Source of the DNA: Gaiellaceae bacterium | Lineage (GTDB): Bacteria > Actinomycetota > Thermoleophilia > Gaiellales > Gaiellaceae | Direction: 5' to 3' | Assembly: GCA_036496545.1 (NCBI GenBank) | Contig: DASXKX010000027.1 | Span: 18,559-82,558, forward strand | DNA length: 64,000 bases | In this document: piece by piece, positions 8,588 to 18,217 of the stretch | Position numbering within the stretch: position 1 is the first letter of the stretch | Layout: every line of letters starts with the position of its first letter | Program-made: the position numbers and the translations under genes | Notes under the pieces: model-generated | What the model saw: the letters and a program-made list of their open reading frames with translations, nothing else | The model's database searches: none | Told to the model about the DNA's origin: nothing

Positions 8588-9826
8588 GTGGCGAACGCGG
8601 TCGAGGACACGCGCGCGGCGACCGGCCCGGTCGCCGCGCTGCGCTTGATCGGATACCGGAACTTCGGCCCGTACTTCGTCGGCAATGCCTCGTCGGCGAC
8701 CGGGACCTGGTTCCAAAACCTCGCGGCATCGCTCTACGTCTACCGGCAAACGCACTCGCCGTTCCTGCTGGGCGTGCTGCAGTTCGCGACGTTCATCCCC
8801 GTCCTCCTGCTCGCGCCGTGGGCGGGAAGCGCGGCCGACCGGTTCGACCGACGCCGCCTCGTTCTCTGGTCGCAGCTCTGCGCGACCGCGTTCGCGGGGG
8901 TACTCGCCGGTCTCGCGTGGGCCGGACTTGCGCCGGTCGCCGTCGTGATCACTGTGTCACTCGGGCTCGGAGTCGTCAGTGCGTTCTCGGCGCCCGCGGC
9001 GCAAGCGCTGATCGCCGACCTCGTGCCGCGGGAGGAGATCCAGTCGGCCGTGGCGCTGAACTCGATGACGTACAACCTCGCGCGAGCGGTCGGGCCGGCG
9101 CTCGCGGCGCTTTCGGTGCGCAAGCTCGGGATCCCTGCGTCGTTCGCGATCAACTCCGGCTCGTACCTCGTCCTCGTTGCGGGAGTGCTGATGGTGCACA
9201 CGCCGGTGCGCGAGCTCGCGAGGCGTGGCGAGGCGAGCCTTCGCGTGAGCCTGCGGCTGCTGCGCGCACGGCCGCACCTGATCGGCTTCTTGCTCGTCGT
9301 GACCGCCGTCGGGTTCGCCTCCGACCCGATCAACACCGAGTCGCCGGCGTTCGCGCACGCGTTCCACCGGCCCGATACCGACGCCGGCTACCTGATCGGC
9401 GCGTTCGGCGCGGGCGCCGTGCTGGCGGCGTTCGCGCTCGCGGGCCGGACCGCGGGAACGCGCCGGCGCATGGCGACGACGCTCGGGCTGCTCGGCTTCG
9501 GCGTGATCGGGTTCTCGGTCGCGCCGTGGCTTGGGCTCGGGTTCGTCTTCCTTGCGATTGCCGGGTTCGGGTACCTCGCCTCGAACACCCACGCGACGAG
9601 CCGGCTCCAGCTCGACGTCGACATCGCACAGCGTGGGCGGATCATGGCGCTCTGGAGCGTCGCCTTCCTCGGGCTGCGGCCGCTCGCGAGCCTCACCGAC
9701 GGCGCGATCGCCGGCGCGTTCGGCGTGCGGGCGGCGGGCGTCGTCCTTGCGCTCCCCGCCCTCGCCGGCGCAGGCGCGATTCACTTCTTACAGCGACGTA
9801 ACCGAACGCTTACGTTCCAGGCGTAG
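8588..9826 (+). CDS. MFS transporter (EntS/MFS_3-like)
   Basis: 412 aa with ~12 TM helices and the loop motif PWAGSAADRFDRRRL between TM2 and TM3. Confidence 0.85.
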   Translation: MANAVEDTRAATGPVAALRLIGYRNFGPYFVGNASSATGTWFQNLAASLYVYRQTHSPFLLGVLQFATFIPVLLLAPWAGSAADRFDRRRLVLWSQLCATAFAGVLAGLAWAGLAPVAVVITVSLGLGVVSAFSAPAAQALIADLVPREEIQSAVALNSMTYNLARAVGPALAALSVRKLGIPASFAINSGSYLVLVAGVLMVHTPVRELARRGEASLRVSLRLLRARPHLIGFLLVVTAVGFASDPINTESPAFAHAFHRPDTDAGYLIGAFGAGAVLAAFALAGRTAGTRRRMATTLGLLGFGVIGFSVAPWLGLGFVFLAIAGFGYLASNTHATSRLQLDVDIAQRGRIMALWSVAFLGLRPLASLTDGAIAGAFGVRAAGVVLALPALAGAGAIHFLQRRNRTLTFQA

Positions 9827-9836
9827 CTTGCCCGCC

Positions 9837-9956
9837 GTGGAGCTGCATTTCATCGCGGACGACCTCGAAGAGCACGGCTGGTACGTCGACCTCGTCGCCG
9901 ACTTCATCGACGACGTCGAGGCGTATCTCGGCGAGCTCGAAGAAGCGTCGAGCTAG
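9837..9956 (+). CDS. Possible 39-aa acidic peptide (hypothetical)
   Basis: GTG 9837 (or TTG 9828) to TAG 9954-9956 gives VELHFIADDLEEHGWYVDLVADFIDDVEAYLGELEEASS. GC3 is genome-typical and very high. Its stop interlocks (CTAG) with the pruA stop, as at other convergent pairs. Confidence 0.35.
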   Translation: MELHFIADDLEEHGWYVDLVADFIDDVEAYLGELEEASS

Positions 9957-11605
9957 CGCCCCGCGTCGTCCGCCGGGCCCATGTACGGGTACCGGTAGTC
10001 GGTCGGCGGGACGAACAGCTCCTTCACGGTCCGCGGCGAGACCCAGCGGATGAGGTTCCACATCGAGCCTGCCTTGTCGTTTGTCCCGGAGGCCCTGCCG
10101 CCCCCGAACGGCTGCTGCCCGACGACGGCGCCGGTCGGCTTGTCGTTCACGTAGAAGTTCCCGGCCGCGTAGCGGAGCCGCTCCTGCGCCACGTCGATGC
10201 CCGCCCGGTCCCGCGAGAAGACCGCGCCGGTAAGCCCGTACGGCGCGCCACCGTCGATCAGATCGAGCGTCTGCTCGTACTGCTTCTCGGGGTACACAAA
10301 TGCGGTTACGACGGGGCCGAAAAGCTCCTCCTTCATCGTGCGGAAGCCGGGGTCGCTGGTCTCAATCACCGTCGGTTGCACGAAATAGCCCTCGGAGTCG
10401 TCATAGCCGCCGCCGACGAGCACACTCGCTTTCCCGTTCGCCGCTTTCGCCTCGTCGATCGCCGCCTTCTGCGTCTTGAACGAGTTGCCGTCGATCACCG
10501 CGCCCATGAAGTTCTGAAAGTCGGAGACGTTGCCGACCTTGAGGCTCTGCACCTCCGCGACGAGCCGCTCCCTCAGCGCCGGCCACAGGTTCGACGGCGC
10601 GAAGACACGCGACGCCGCGGAGCACTTCTGTCCCTGGTACTCAAACGAGCCGCGCACGATCGCCGTCGCGACGGCGTCGACGTCCGCGGATGGGTGGGCG
10701 ACGATGAAGTCCTTGCCGCCCGTCTCGCCGACGACACGCGGATAGTTTCGGTAGTGGTCGAGGTTCGACGCGACTGTTTGCCACATCCCGTTGAAGACCG
10801 CCGTCGAGCCGGTGAAGTGGATGCCGGCGAGGTGCGGGCTCGCGAGCGCGGGATCGCCGACGTCGGCGCCCGACCCGTAGACGAGGTTGATGACGCCCGG
10901 CGGCATCCCGGCCTCCTCGTAGAGCTTCATCAGGAAGTAGGCGGAGTACGCGGCCGTCGACGCGGGCTTCCAGACGACGGTATTGCCCATCAGCGCGACC
11001 GAGGTCGGAAGGTTGCCGCCGATCGCCGTGAAGTTGAACGGCGTCACCGCGAACACGAAGCCCTCGAGCGGGCGATACTCGAGCCGGTTCCACACGCCGG
11101 GCGAGGAGGAGGGCTGCTCTTCGTAGATGCGCGTCATGTACTTCACGTTGAAGCGCCAGAAGTCGACGAGCTCGCAGGCGGCGTCGATCTCCGCCTGGTG
11201 CGCGGTCTTCGACTGGCCGAGCATCGTCGCGGCGTTCAGCGTCTGGCGCCACGGGCCGGCCAGCAGCTCGGCCGCGCGCAGCAGCACGGCCGCGCGCTCC
11301 TCCCACGGCGTGCGCGACCAGTCGTTCCACGCCTCGGCCGCGGCGTTGATCGCACGGTCGACCTCCGGCGCCCCGCCCTTGTGCACCGTCGCGAGCACAT
11401 GCGAGCGGTTGTGCGGCTCGACCGCCTCGAATGTGTCGCCGGTGCGGATCTCCTCGCCGCCGACGATCAGCGGGATGTCGAGCTGCTCCTTCTCCATCTC
11501 GGTAAGGCGGACGCGCAGCTCCTCGCGCTCGGGCGTGCCCGGGGCGTAGCTGCGGACTGACTCGTTGTAAGGCTCAGGGACGCGGAAGATGCCGTGGACG
11601 CTCAT
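9953..11605 (-). CDS. pruA: L-glutamate gamma-semialdehyde (delta-1-pyrroline-5-carboxylate) dehydrogenase
   Basis: 550-aa aldehyde dehydrogenase fold with a P5CDH-type N-terminus (FRVPEPYNESVRSYAPGTPER) and the catalytic region EYQGQKCSAASR. Confidence 0.93.
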   Translation of the reverse strand: MSVHGIFRVPEPYNESVRSYAPGTPEREELRVRLTEMEKEQLDIPLIVGGEEIRTGDTFEAVEPHNRSHVLATVHKGGAPEVDRAINAAAEAWNDWSRTPWEERAAVLLRAAELLAGPWRQTLNAATMLGQSKTAHQAEIDAACELVDFWRFNVKYMTRIYEEQPSSSPGVWNRLEYRPLEGFVFAVTPFNFTAIGGNLPTSVALMGNTVVWKPASTAAYSAYFLMKLYEEAGMPPGVINLVYGSGADVGDPALASPHLAGIHFTGSTAVFNGMWQTVASNLDHYRNYPRVVGETGGKDFIVAHPSADVDAVATAIVRGSFEYQGQKCSAASRVFAPSNLWPALRERLVAEVQSLKVGNVSDFQNFMGAVIDGNSFKTQKAAIDEAKAANGKASVLVGGGYDDSEGYFVQPTVIETSDPGFRTMKEELFGPVVTAFVYPEKQYEQTLDLIDGGAPYGLTGAVFSRDRAGIDVAQERLRYAAGNFYVNDKPTGAVVGQQPFGGGRASGTNDKAGSMWNLIRWVSPRTVKELFVPPTDYRYPYMGPADDAGR

Positions 11606-11629
11606 GCCGCGATTCTAGGATTGTCGGGC

Positions 11630-12091
11630 ATGGCCGTGAGGCAGGTCGCGTATGAGGTCGAAGGCTGGGGCGTTGGGGAGCTGTGGGTGGACGGCGATCG
11701 GGTCGTCTGGCATGAGCTGCCGTTCCCCCGCCGGACGGCGCCGCAAGGCGAGCATCCGCTCGTCGAACGGCTTCGCGCCTACTTCGAGGGCGAGCCCGAC
11801 ACGTTTGAGGACGTCGAGGTCGACCTCGAGTACGAGACGCCGTTCCTCGAGAGCTGCGCGCGCGAGCTGCGGGCGATCCCGCGCGGCGACGTTGTGACGT
11901 ACGGCGAGCTTGCGGCGCTCGCGGGCTCACCGGGCGCGGCGCGGGCGGCCGGCTCGTTCTGCGCGCGCAACCGGCTCGGGCTGTTCGTCCCGTGCCATCG
12001 CGTCGTATCGGCCGGCGGGCTTGGGTCGTACGGCTCGTATGGGCTTGCGTACAAGAAGCGACTGCTGGAGCTCGAAGGTGTCGCTCTCTGA
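11630..12091 (+). CDS. ogt: Methylated-DNA--protein-cysteine methyltransferase
   Basis: Active-site PCHRVV with [24 protein letters not shown] 11630 preferred over the track start 11594, which would overlap the pruA start. Confidence 0.85.
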   Translation: MAVRQVAYEVEGWGVGELWVDGDRVVWHELPFPRRTAPQGEHPLVERLRAYFEGEPDTFEDVEVDLEYETPFLESCARELRAIPRGDVVTYGELAALAGSPGAARAAGSFCARNRLGLFVPCHRVVSAGGLGSYGSYGLAYKKRLLELEGVAL

Positions 12092-12986
12092 AGATCTCCG
12101 CAACGAGCTCGCGCAGATCGCACCTGAAGCGGACTGCGATCGGCTCGCCGAGTTGTCCGGTCTATTTCATGCCGCCGGCAGCGTGCACCTCCGCGGCCGC
12201 GGCGAGATCGCGTTGCATCTCGACCTGGCGAGCTCCGCCGTCGCGCGCCGTGCGTTCGCGTTGCTGCGCGCGTTCGGCGTCGACTCCGAGATCCGCACCT
12301 ATCAACAGCATGCATTCGGTCGTGCGACGCGGTACCAGCTGCACGTCGAGGGCTCGGCGCACGCGTACGAGACGCTCCATCGCGCGGGCGTGCTGGACCC
12401 CTCGCACCGTCCACTCGAGCGGCCGCCGCGGCGCGTCGTTGCCCGGCGCTGCTGCCGGCGTGCCTACCTGCGCGGCTCGCTCCTGGCCGCAGGCTCGCTG
12501 AGCGGCCCGCGCGATCCGCACCTCGAGATCCGGACCTCGGAGCTGCAAGGGGCACGTTTTCTCGCGGATCTTGCTGGACGCGAGGGCGCGGACCTGCACG
12601 TGCTCGACCGCGGCCGGCACGCGGTTGCGTATGCAAAAGGTGTCGAGTCGATCGCCGACGCGCTCGTCGCCGCCGGCGCAACGGACACCGTTCTTGTTCT
12701 CGAGGAGAGCTCGGTGCTTGCTGCAATCCGTGCGGATGCGAACCGGCTTGCGAACGCGGATCACGCCAACCTCGTGCGCACAAGCCGCGCCGCGCACGCG
12801 CAACTCGAAGCGGTGCGCAGTCTCGATCTTGAATCGCTTCCCGATGAATTGCGCGAGCTCGCGACGTTGCGTTTGCGTCATCCGACTGCGTCGACCGCGG
12901 AGCTTGCGCGGCGTTGCCATCCGCCAACATCGAAGGCGTCTGCGTATCGCAGACTGCGCAAGCTTCAAGAACTCGCAACGAACTAA
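12078..12986 (+). CDS. whiA: DNA-binding sporulation/cell-division regulator WhiA
   Basis: Degenerate LAGLIDADG-type N-domain (AYLRGSLLAAGSLSGP) with C-terminal HTH (RLRHPTASTAELA). GTG 12078 overlaps the ogt stop. Confidence 0.9.
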   Translation: MSLSEDLRNELAQIAPEADCDRLAELSGLFHAAGSVHLRGRGEIALHLDLASSAVARRAFALLRAFGVDSEIRTYQQHAFGRATRYQLHVEGSAHAYETLHRAGVLDPSHRPLERPPRRVVARRCCRRAYLRGSLLAAGSLSGPRDPHLEIRTSELQGARFLADLAGREGADLHVLDRGRHAVAYAKGVESIADALVAAGATDTVLVLEESSVLAAIRADANRLANADHANLVRTSRAAHAQLEAVRSLDLESLPDELRELATLRLRHPTASTAELARRCHPPTSKASAYRRLRKLQELATN

Positions 12987-13060
12987 GTACAACTTACAAC
13001 TCGTCTAGCGTTGTTCAAAACCCGTCGTCATACTCGACAACGGCGGGTCCGCGCTCGTCC

Positions 13061-13089
13061 GGCGACGGATTCAGACCCCGTCCGTCGCC
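13061..13089. other. Perfect 9-bp stem-loop in whiA-gap spacer
   Basis: ggcgacgga (13061-13069) pairs with tccgtcgcc (13081-13089) across an 11-nt loop. Confidence 0.5.
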
Positions 13090-13110
13090 ACGGTCTCGGG
13101 TGTGGTGTAA

Positions 13111-13145
13111 GGACCGGGAGGGTCGTCCTCGGAGCTTCCCGGTCC
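13111..13145. other. Perfect 9-bp stem-loop in whiA-gap spacer
   Basis: ggaccggga (13111-13119) pairs with tcccggtcc (13137-13145) across a 17-nt loop. Confidence 0.5.
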
Positions 13146-13248
13146 GCCCGCCTGGACCGCTCGCGACCGTGTTGAACCGCTTGCGACCGCTCGCTTTGCT
13201 CGCTCGCGGGTGCGGCCGGGAGCTAACTCGTTGCAGTCCTGGTCGAGC

Positions 13249-13274
13249 CCGCGCCCGAGCGTGGTCGGGCGCGG
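13249..13274. other. Perfect 10-bp stem-loop in whiA-gap spacer
   Basis: ccgcgcccga (13249-13258) pairs with tcgggcgcgg (13265-13274) across a 6-nt loop. Confidence 0.5.
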
Positions 13275-13295
13275 CCCCAGGGACGGCGTGATTAG

Positions 13296-14363
<1,068 letters not shown>

Positions 14364-14368
14364 ATCCG

Positions 14369-15418
14369 ATGCGGTTGCCGCGTTCCGTTCGCGACGCCGA
14401 TGTCGCCGGCAAGACCGTGCTGGTCCGATCCGACCTGAACGTCCCGCTGGAGGACGGTTTAGTCGCGGACGACACGCGCATCCGCGCGTCGTTGCCGACG
14501 CTTGAGCTCTTGCTCGAGGCCGGAGCCGCGGAGGTTCGCGTCTGCTCGCATCTCGGGCGGCCGAAGTCGGACGAGGATCGTGAGCGGCTATCGATGCGGC
14601 GCGTCGAAAGCCGGCTGCGCGAGCTCCTCCTGGGCGACCGGCTCGTCGTCCTCGAGAACACGCGGTTCAATCCCGGCGAGACGAAGAACGACCCGGCGTT
14701 CGCGCGCGAGCTCGCCGAGGGTTGCGACCTCTATGTGAACGACGCGTTCGGGTCTGCGCACCGCGCGCACGCGTCGACGGAGGGCGTCGCGCATCTGTTG
14801 CCGTCGTATGCGGGGCTGCTGCTGCTTGCGGAACTCGAGCATCTCGGGCGGCTGCTCGGCGACATCGAGCGTCCGTTCGTCTTGGTCTCAGGCGGCGCGA
14901 AGGTGGACGACAAGCTCGGCGTGCTGCAGAACCTCGGCGGCCGCGCTGAGACGGTGCTGATCGGCGGGAAGATGGCCGAGCAGATCCGAAGCGAGAACCC
15001 GCTCGACTTCCCGGTCGTGCTGCCGACCGATGTCGTTGCGGCGTCGGCGTTCGAGGCGAACGCCGACTCGACAGTGTGCGCATTCGATGCGCTGCCCGAC
15101 GGGTGGCTCGGGCTCGACATCGGGCCGGAAACGCGCGAGCGGTTCGCCGCCGAGCTTGCGGGCGCCCGGACGATCTTCTGGAACGGGCCGATGGGCGTCT
15201 TCGAGTGGCCGCGCTTCGCCGAGGGGACGAAGGCGGTTGCGGAGGCGGTCGCGGCGAACCGTGACGCGTTTTCCGTCGTCGGCGGCGCGGACTCGGTTCG
15301 CGCACTCAACGAGCTCGGGCTCGCGGATCGCATCTCGTGGGTCTCGACCGGCGGCGGCGCCAGCCTCGAGCTGCTCGAGGGCAAGGAGCTGCCAGGCGTG
15401 GCGGCGATTCCCGCGTAG
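14369..15418 (+). CDS. pgk: Phosphoglycerate kinase (compact, 349 aa)
   Basis: VLVRSDLNVPL, SHLGRPK, NDAFGSAHRAHAST, WNGPMGVFE and STGGGASLELLEGKELPGV are all present. Confidence 0.93.
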   Translation: MRLPRSVRDADVAGKTVLVRSDLNVPLEDGLVADDTRIRASLPTLELLLEAGAAEVRVCSHLGRPKSDEDRERLSMRRVESRLRELLLGDRLVVLENTRFNPGETKNDPAFARELAEGCDLYVNDAFGSAHRAHASTEGVAHLLPSYAGLLLLAELEHLGRLLGDIERPFVLVSGGAKVDDKLGVLQNLGGRAETVLIGGKMAEQIRSENPLDFPVVLPTDVVAASAFEANADSTVCAFDALPDGWLGLDIGPETRERFAAELAGARTIFWNGPMGVFEWPRFAEGTKAVAEAVAANRDAFSVVGGADSVRALNELGLADRISWVSTGGGASLELLEGKELPGVAAIPA

Positions 15419-15429
15419 GATCAATCGCC

Positions 15430-16125
15430 TTGCTCGTCGCAGGAAACTGGAAGATGTTCCCAGGCCCCGAGCCTGCCGAGCTCGCAGCCCGGCTGGCCGG
15501 CATCGAGGGGATCGACATCGTCGTGGCGCCGCCTTTCACGGGGCTTGCCGCGTGCGTCGAGGCCGGCTTGACGACGTACGCGCAAAACGTGCATTGGGAG
15601 CCGGAAGGCCCCTACACCGGTGAGGTCTCGGCACCGATGCTGCTCGAGCTCGGCGTCGCGGGCTCGATCGTCGGCCACTCGGAGCGGCGGCAGTACTTCG
15701 GCGAGACCGATGCGGGAGTTGCGCGGCGCGCGCACGCTGCACTGGCCGCTGGTCTCGGTGTGATTGCCTGCGTCGGCGAAACGGAGGAGGAGCGCGACGG
15801 CGGCGACATGGAAATGGTTTTGCGCATCCAGGTCGATGCGATCCGCGAAGCGTGCGTCGGCCAGGGCGGGCTCGTGCTTGCGTACGAGCCGGTGTGGGCG
15901 ATCGGCACCGGCCGGACCGCGACACCGGAGCTGGCGCAGGAGGCGCACGCGTTCATCAAGTCCCTGCTCGACCAGCCGGTCCTCTACGGCGGTTCGGTGA
16001 AGCCGGAGAACGCCGAGGAGCTGATGGCGCAGCCGGATGTCGACGGTGCGCTCGTCGGTGGCGCGTCGCTCGACATCGACTCGTTCGCCTCGATATGCCA
16101 GGCAGCCGTACGTTCCCGCTCGTAG
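15430..16125 (+). CDS. tpiA: Triose-phosphate isomerase
   Basis: AGNWKM, VGHSERR, AYEPVWAIGTG and YGGSVKPEN motifs. TTG 15430 is the first plausible start after the pgk stop. The ORF track opens at 15337, inside pgk. Confidence 0.88.
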   Translation: MLVAGNWKMFPGPEPAELAARLAGIEGIDIVVAPPFTGLAACVEAGLTTYAQNVHWEPEGPYTGEVSAPMLLELGVAGSIVGHSERRQYFGETDAGVARRAHAALAAGLGVIACVGETEEERDGGDMEMVLRIQVDAIREACVGQGGLVLAYEPVWAIGTGRTATPELAQEAHAFIKSLLDQPVLYGGSVKPENAEELMAQPDVDGALVGGASLDIDSFASICQAAVRSRS

Positions 16126-17597
16126 CGCTCGTCATCCTCGACGGGTGGGGATGCGCGCCGGCCGGGCCGGGGAACGCCGTGTCGCTCGCGAAGACGCCGG
16201 TCTTCGACGAGCTGTGGCGGGAATATCCACACACGACGCTCAATGCCTCCGGCGAGGCGGTCGGCTTGCCTGACGGACAGATGGGCAACTCGGAGGTTGG
16301 GCACCTGACGATCGGCTCCGGCCGCGTCCTCGACCAGGACTTCCAGCGCGTCAACCGTGCGGTCGCGGACGGCAGCTTCTTCGAAAACGAGGCGCTCGTG
16401 TCCGCGTTCCGGCGTGCCCGGGAGCGCGGGGGAGACGTGCACCTGCTCGGACTCGTCTCCTACGGCGGAGTTCACTCGCACATCGACCACCTCCGCGCGC
16501 TGCTCGAGCTCGCGCGGCGCGAGGACATGGCGGACCGGACGTGGATCCACGCGTTCACGGACGGGCGAGACGTGTCGCCGACTTCGGCCGTGCGCGATCT
16601 GGCCGAGCTGCCGGACGACCGCATCTCGTCCGTGTCCGGCCGGTACTACGCCATGGATCGCGACAAGCGCTGGGACCGCACCGAGCGCGCGCTCGACGCC
16701 GTCCTACACAGGTGTACACCTACACCTACATCTACATCCACAGACATAGCCATCACTGCGGTGCGGCAAAGCTATGACGAAGGCGTGACGGACGAGTTCA
16801 TCGTCCCGGTCTGCTTCGCCGGCAGGCGCGGCCTCGACCCGGTGAAGGACACCGCGATCTTCTTCAACTTCCGCCCCGATCGCGCTCGCCAGCTCTCCGA
16901 GAAGCTCGGCCGGCTCGAAACCGACCTGACCACGATGACGAAGTACCGAGAGGACTTCACCTTTCCCGTCGTCTTCCCGGAGCAGCGCGTCGACATGGTC
17001 TTGGCAGAGGTGCTCGCGCAACTCGGCGTCCGGCAGCTCCACGCAGCCGAGACGGAGAAGTACGCCCATGTCACGTACTTCTTCAACGGCGGCGCCGAGG
17101 ACGAGCAACCAGGCGAGCACAGGATGCTGGTTCCGTCGCCGCGCGACGTTCCGAGCTACGACCACAAGCCGGAGATGTCAGCGCCGGAGCTCACGGAGCT
17201 CTTCGTCGAGTCGATCGAGGAGGGCGACTACGCCTTCGCCGTCCTCAACTTCGCGAATCCGGACATGGTCGGCCATACGGGCTCGATCCCCGCGGTCGTC
17301 CGGGCGGTCGAGACGACCGACCGCTGCCTGGGCGAGGTCGTCGCCGCCGTCGCGGCGAAGGGTGGCATTTGCCTGGTGACGGCGGACCACGGGAACGCCG
17401 AGAGGATGCTCGAAGACGACGGCGTAAGTCCCCACACGGCCCACACAACGAACCCGGTCCCCTTGATCGCAACCGAAAAGGGACTCAAGCTGCGTGAGGG
17501 CGGCGAACTCTCCGACCTTGCTCCCACAGCACTGGCTCTTCTCGGTTTTGCGCAGCCCTTACAAATGACCGGGAAAAACGTCTTCAACTTCCTGTAA
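16095..17597 (+). CDS. gpmI: 2,3-bisphosphoglycerate-independent phosphoglycerate mutase
   Basis: LVILDGWG, GQMGNSEVGHLTIGSGRV, YFFNGG and TADHGNAE motifs. ATG 16095 overlaps the tpiA end. Carries the hexamer-repeat segment at 16715-16738. Confidence 0.92.
   Translation: MPGSRTFPLVALVILDGWGCAPAGPGNAVSLAKTPVFDELWREYPHTTLNASGEAVGLPDGQMGNSEVGHLTIGSGRVLDQDFQRVNRAVADGSFFENEALVSAFRRARERGGDVHLLGLVSYGGVHSHIDHLRALLELARREDMADRTWIHAFTDGRDVSPTSAVRDLAELPDDRISSVSGRYYAMDRDKRWDRTERALDAVLHRCTPTPTSTSTDIAITAVRQSYDEGVTDEFIVPVCFAGRRGLDPVKDTAIFFNFRPDRARQLSEKLGRLETDLTTMTKYREDFTFPVVFPEQRVDMVLAEVLAQLGVRQLHAAETEKYAHVTYFFNGGAEDEQPGEHRMLVPSPRDVPSYDHKPEMSAPELTELFVESIEEGDYAFAVLNFANPDMVGHTGSIPAVVRAVETTDRCLGEVVAAVAAKGGICLVTADHGNAERMLEDDGVSPHTAHTTNPVPLIATEKGLKLREGGELSDLAPTALALLGFAQPLQMTGKNVFNFL
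16715..16738 (+). repeat. Tandem hexanucleotide repeat (TACACC)2(TACATC)2 inside gpmI
   Basis: tacacc tacacc tacatc tacatc, followed by the degenerate units cacaga catagc catcac. Encodes TPTPTSTST in the gpmI frame using A/T-ending codons. Confidence 0.8.
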
Positions 17598-17617
17598 CCC
17601 CGATATCATGGTGCCCC

Positions 17618-18217
17618 TTGTCACTGCCCCAGCCTGACTTCGGCGTCCTGCGGAAGGCACAGCGTGGTGATGAGCGCGCGTTCTCCATCATCGTGCGCGC
17701 TTACCAGGTGCCCGTCTTCAACTACGTCCTCCGCCTCGTCGGCGATCGCTCCCTGGCAGAGGACCTGACGCAGGAGATCTTCCTGCGGGTCTTCCAGGGG
17801 CTGCCGCGGTTCTCGCTCCGGTCGAAGTTCACGACCTGGTTGTTCCAGGTGGCAAAGAACCGGGTGCTCGACGAGCTCCGGGCCGTCGAGCGCCGGCCGC
17901 GCGCCGTGGTCGACATCGACGACGTCCCGCCGCTCGAGGTGCTCGACGCGCCGTTCGAGCGGCTTGAGGCGATTGATGCACTCTGGCGCGCCGTCGAGGC
18001 CCTGAACGTCGACCTGAAGATGGCACTCCTCCTCCGCGATGTGGTCGGCCTGTCCTACACGGAGATCGCCGACTCGCTCGAGGTCACCCTCGCGACCGTG
18101 AAGTGGCGCATCTACAAGGCGCGCGAAGACGTGCAGGTCGCGCTCGCGCGCGAGGGCATCCACCTCTACGGCGACGGCGAAGAGCCCACCGCCGTCGAGG
18201 CGATCGCTCCCGCCTAG
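17618..18217 (+). CDS. ECF-type RNA polymerase sigma-70 family factor
   Basis: Region 2 (AEDLTQEIFLRVFQGLPRF...FTTWLFQVAKNRVLDELR) and region 4 (LLLRDVVGLSYTEIADSLEVTLATVKWRIYKARE). TTG start. No anti-sigma ORF follows. Confidence 0.88.
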   Translation: MSLPQPDFGVLRKAQRGDERAFSIIVRAYQVPVFNYVLRLVGDRSLAEDLTQEIFLRVFQGLPRFSLRSKFTTWLFQVAKNRVLDELRAVERRPRAVVDIDDVPPLEVLDAPFERLEAIDALWRAVEALNVDLKMALLLRDVVGLSYTEIADSLEVTLATVKWRIYKAREDVQVALAREGIHLYGDGEEPTAVEAIAPA

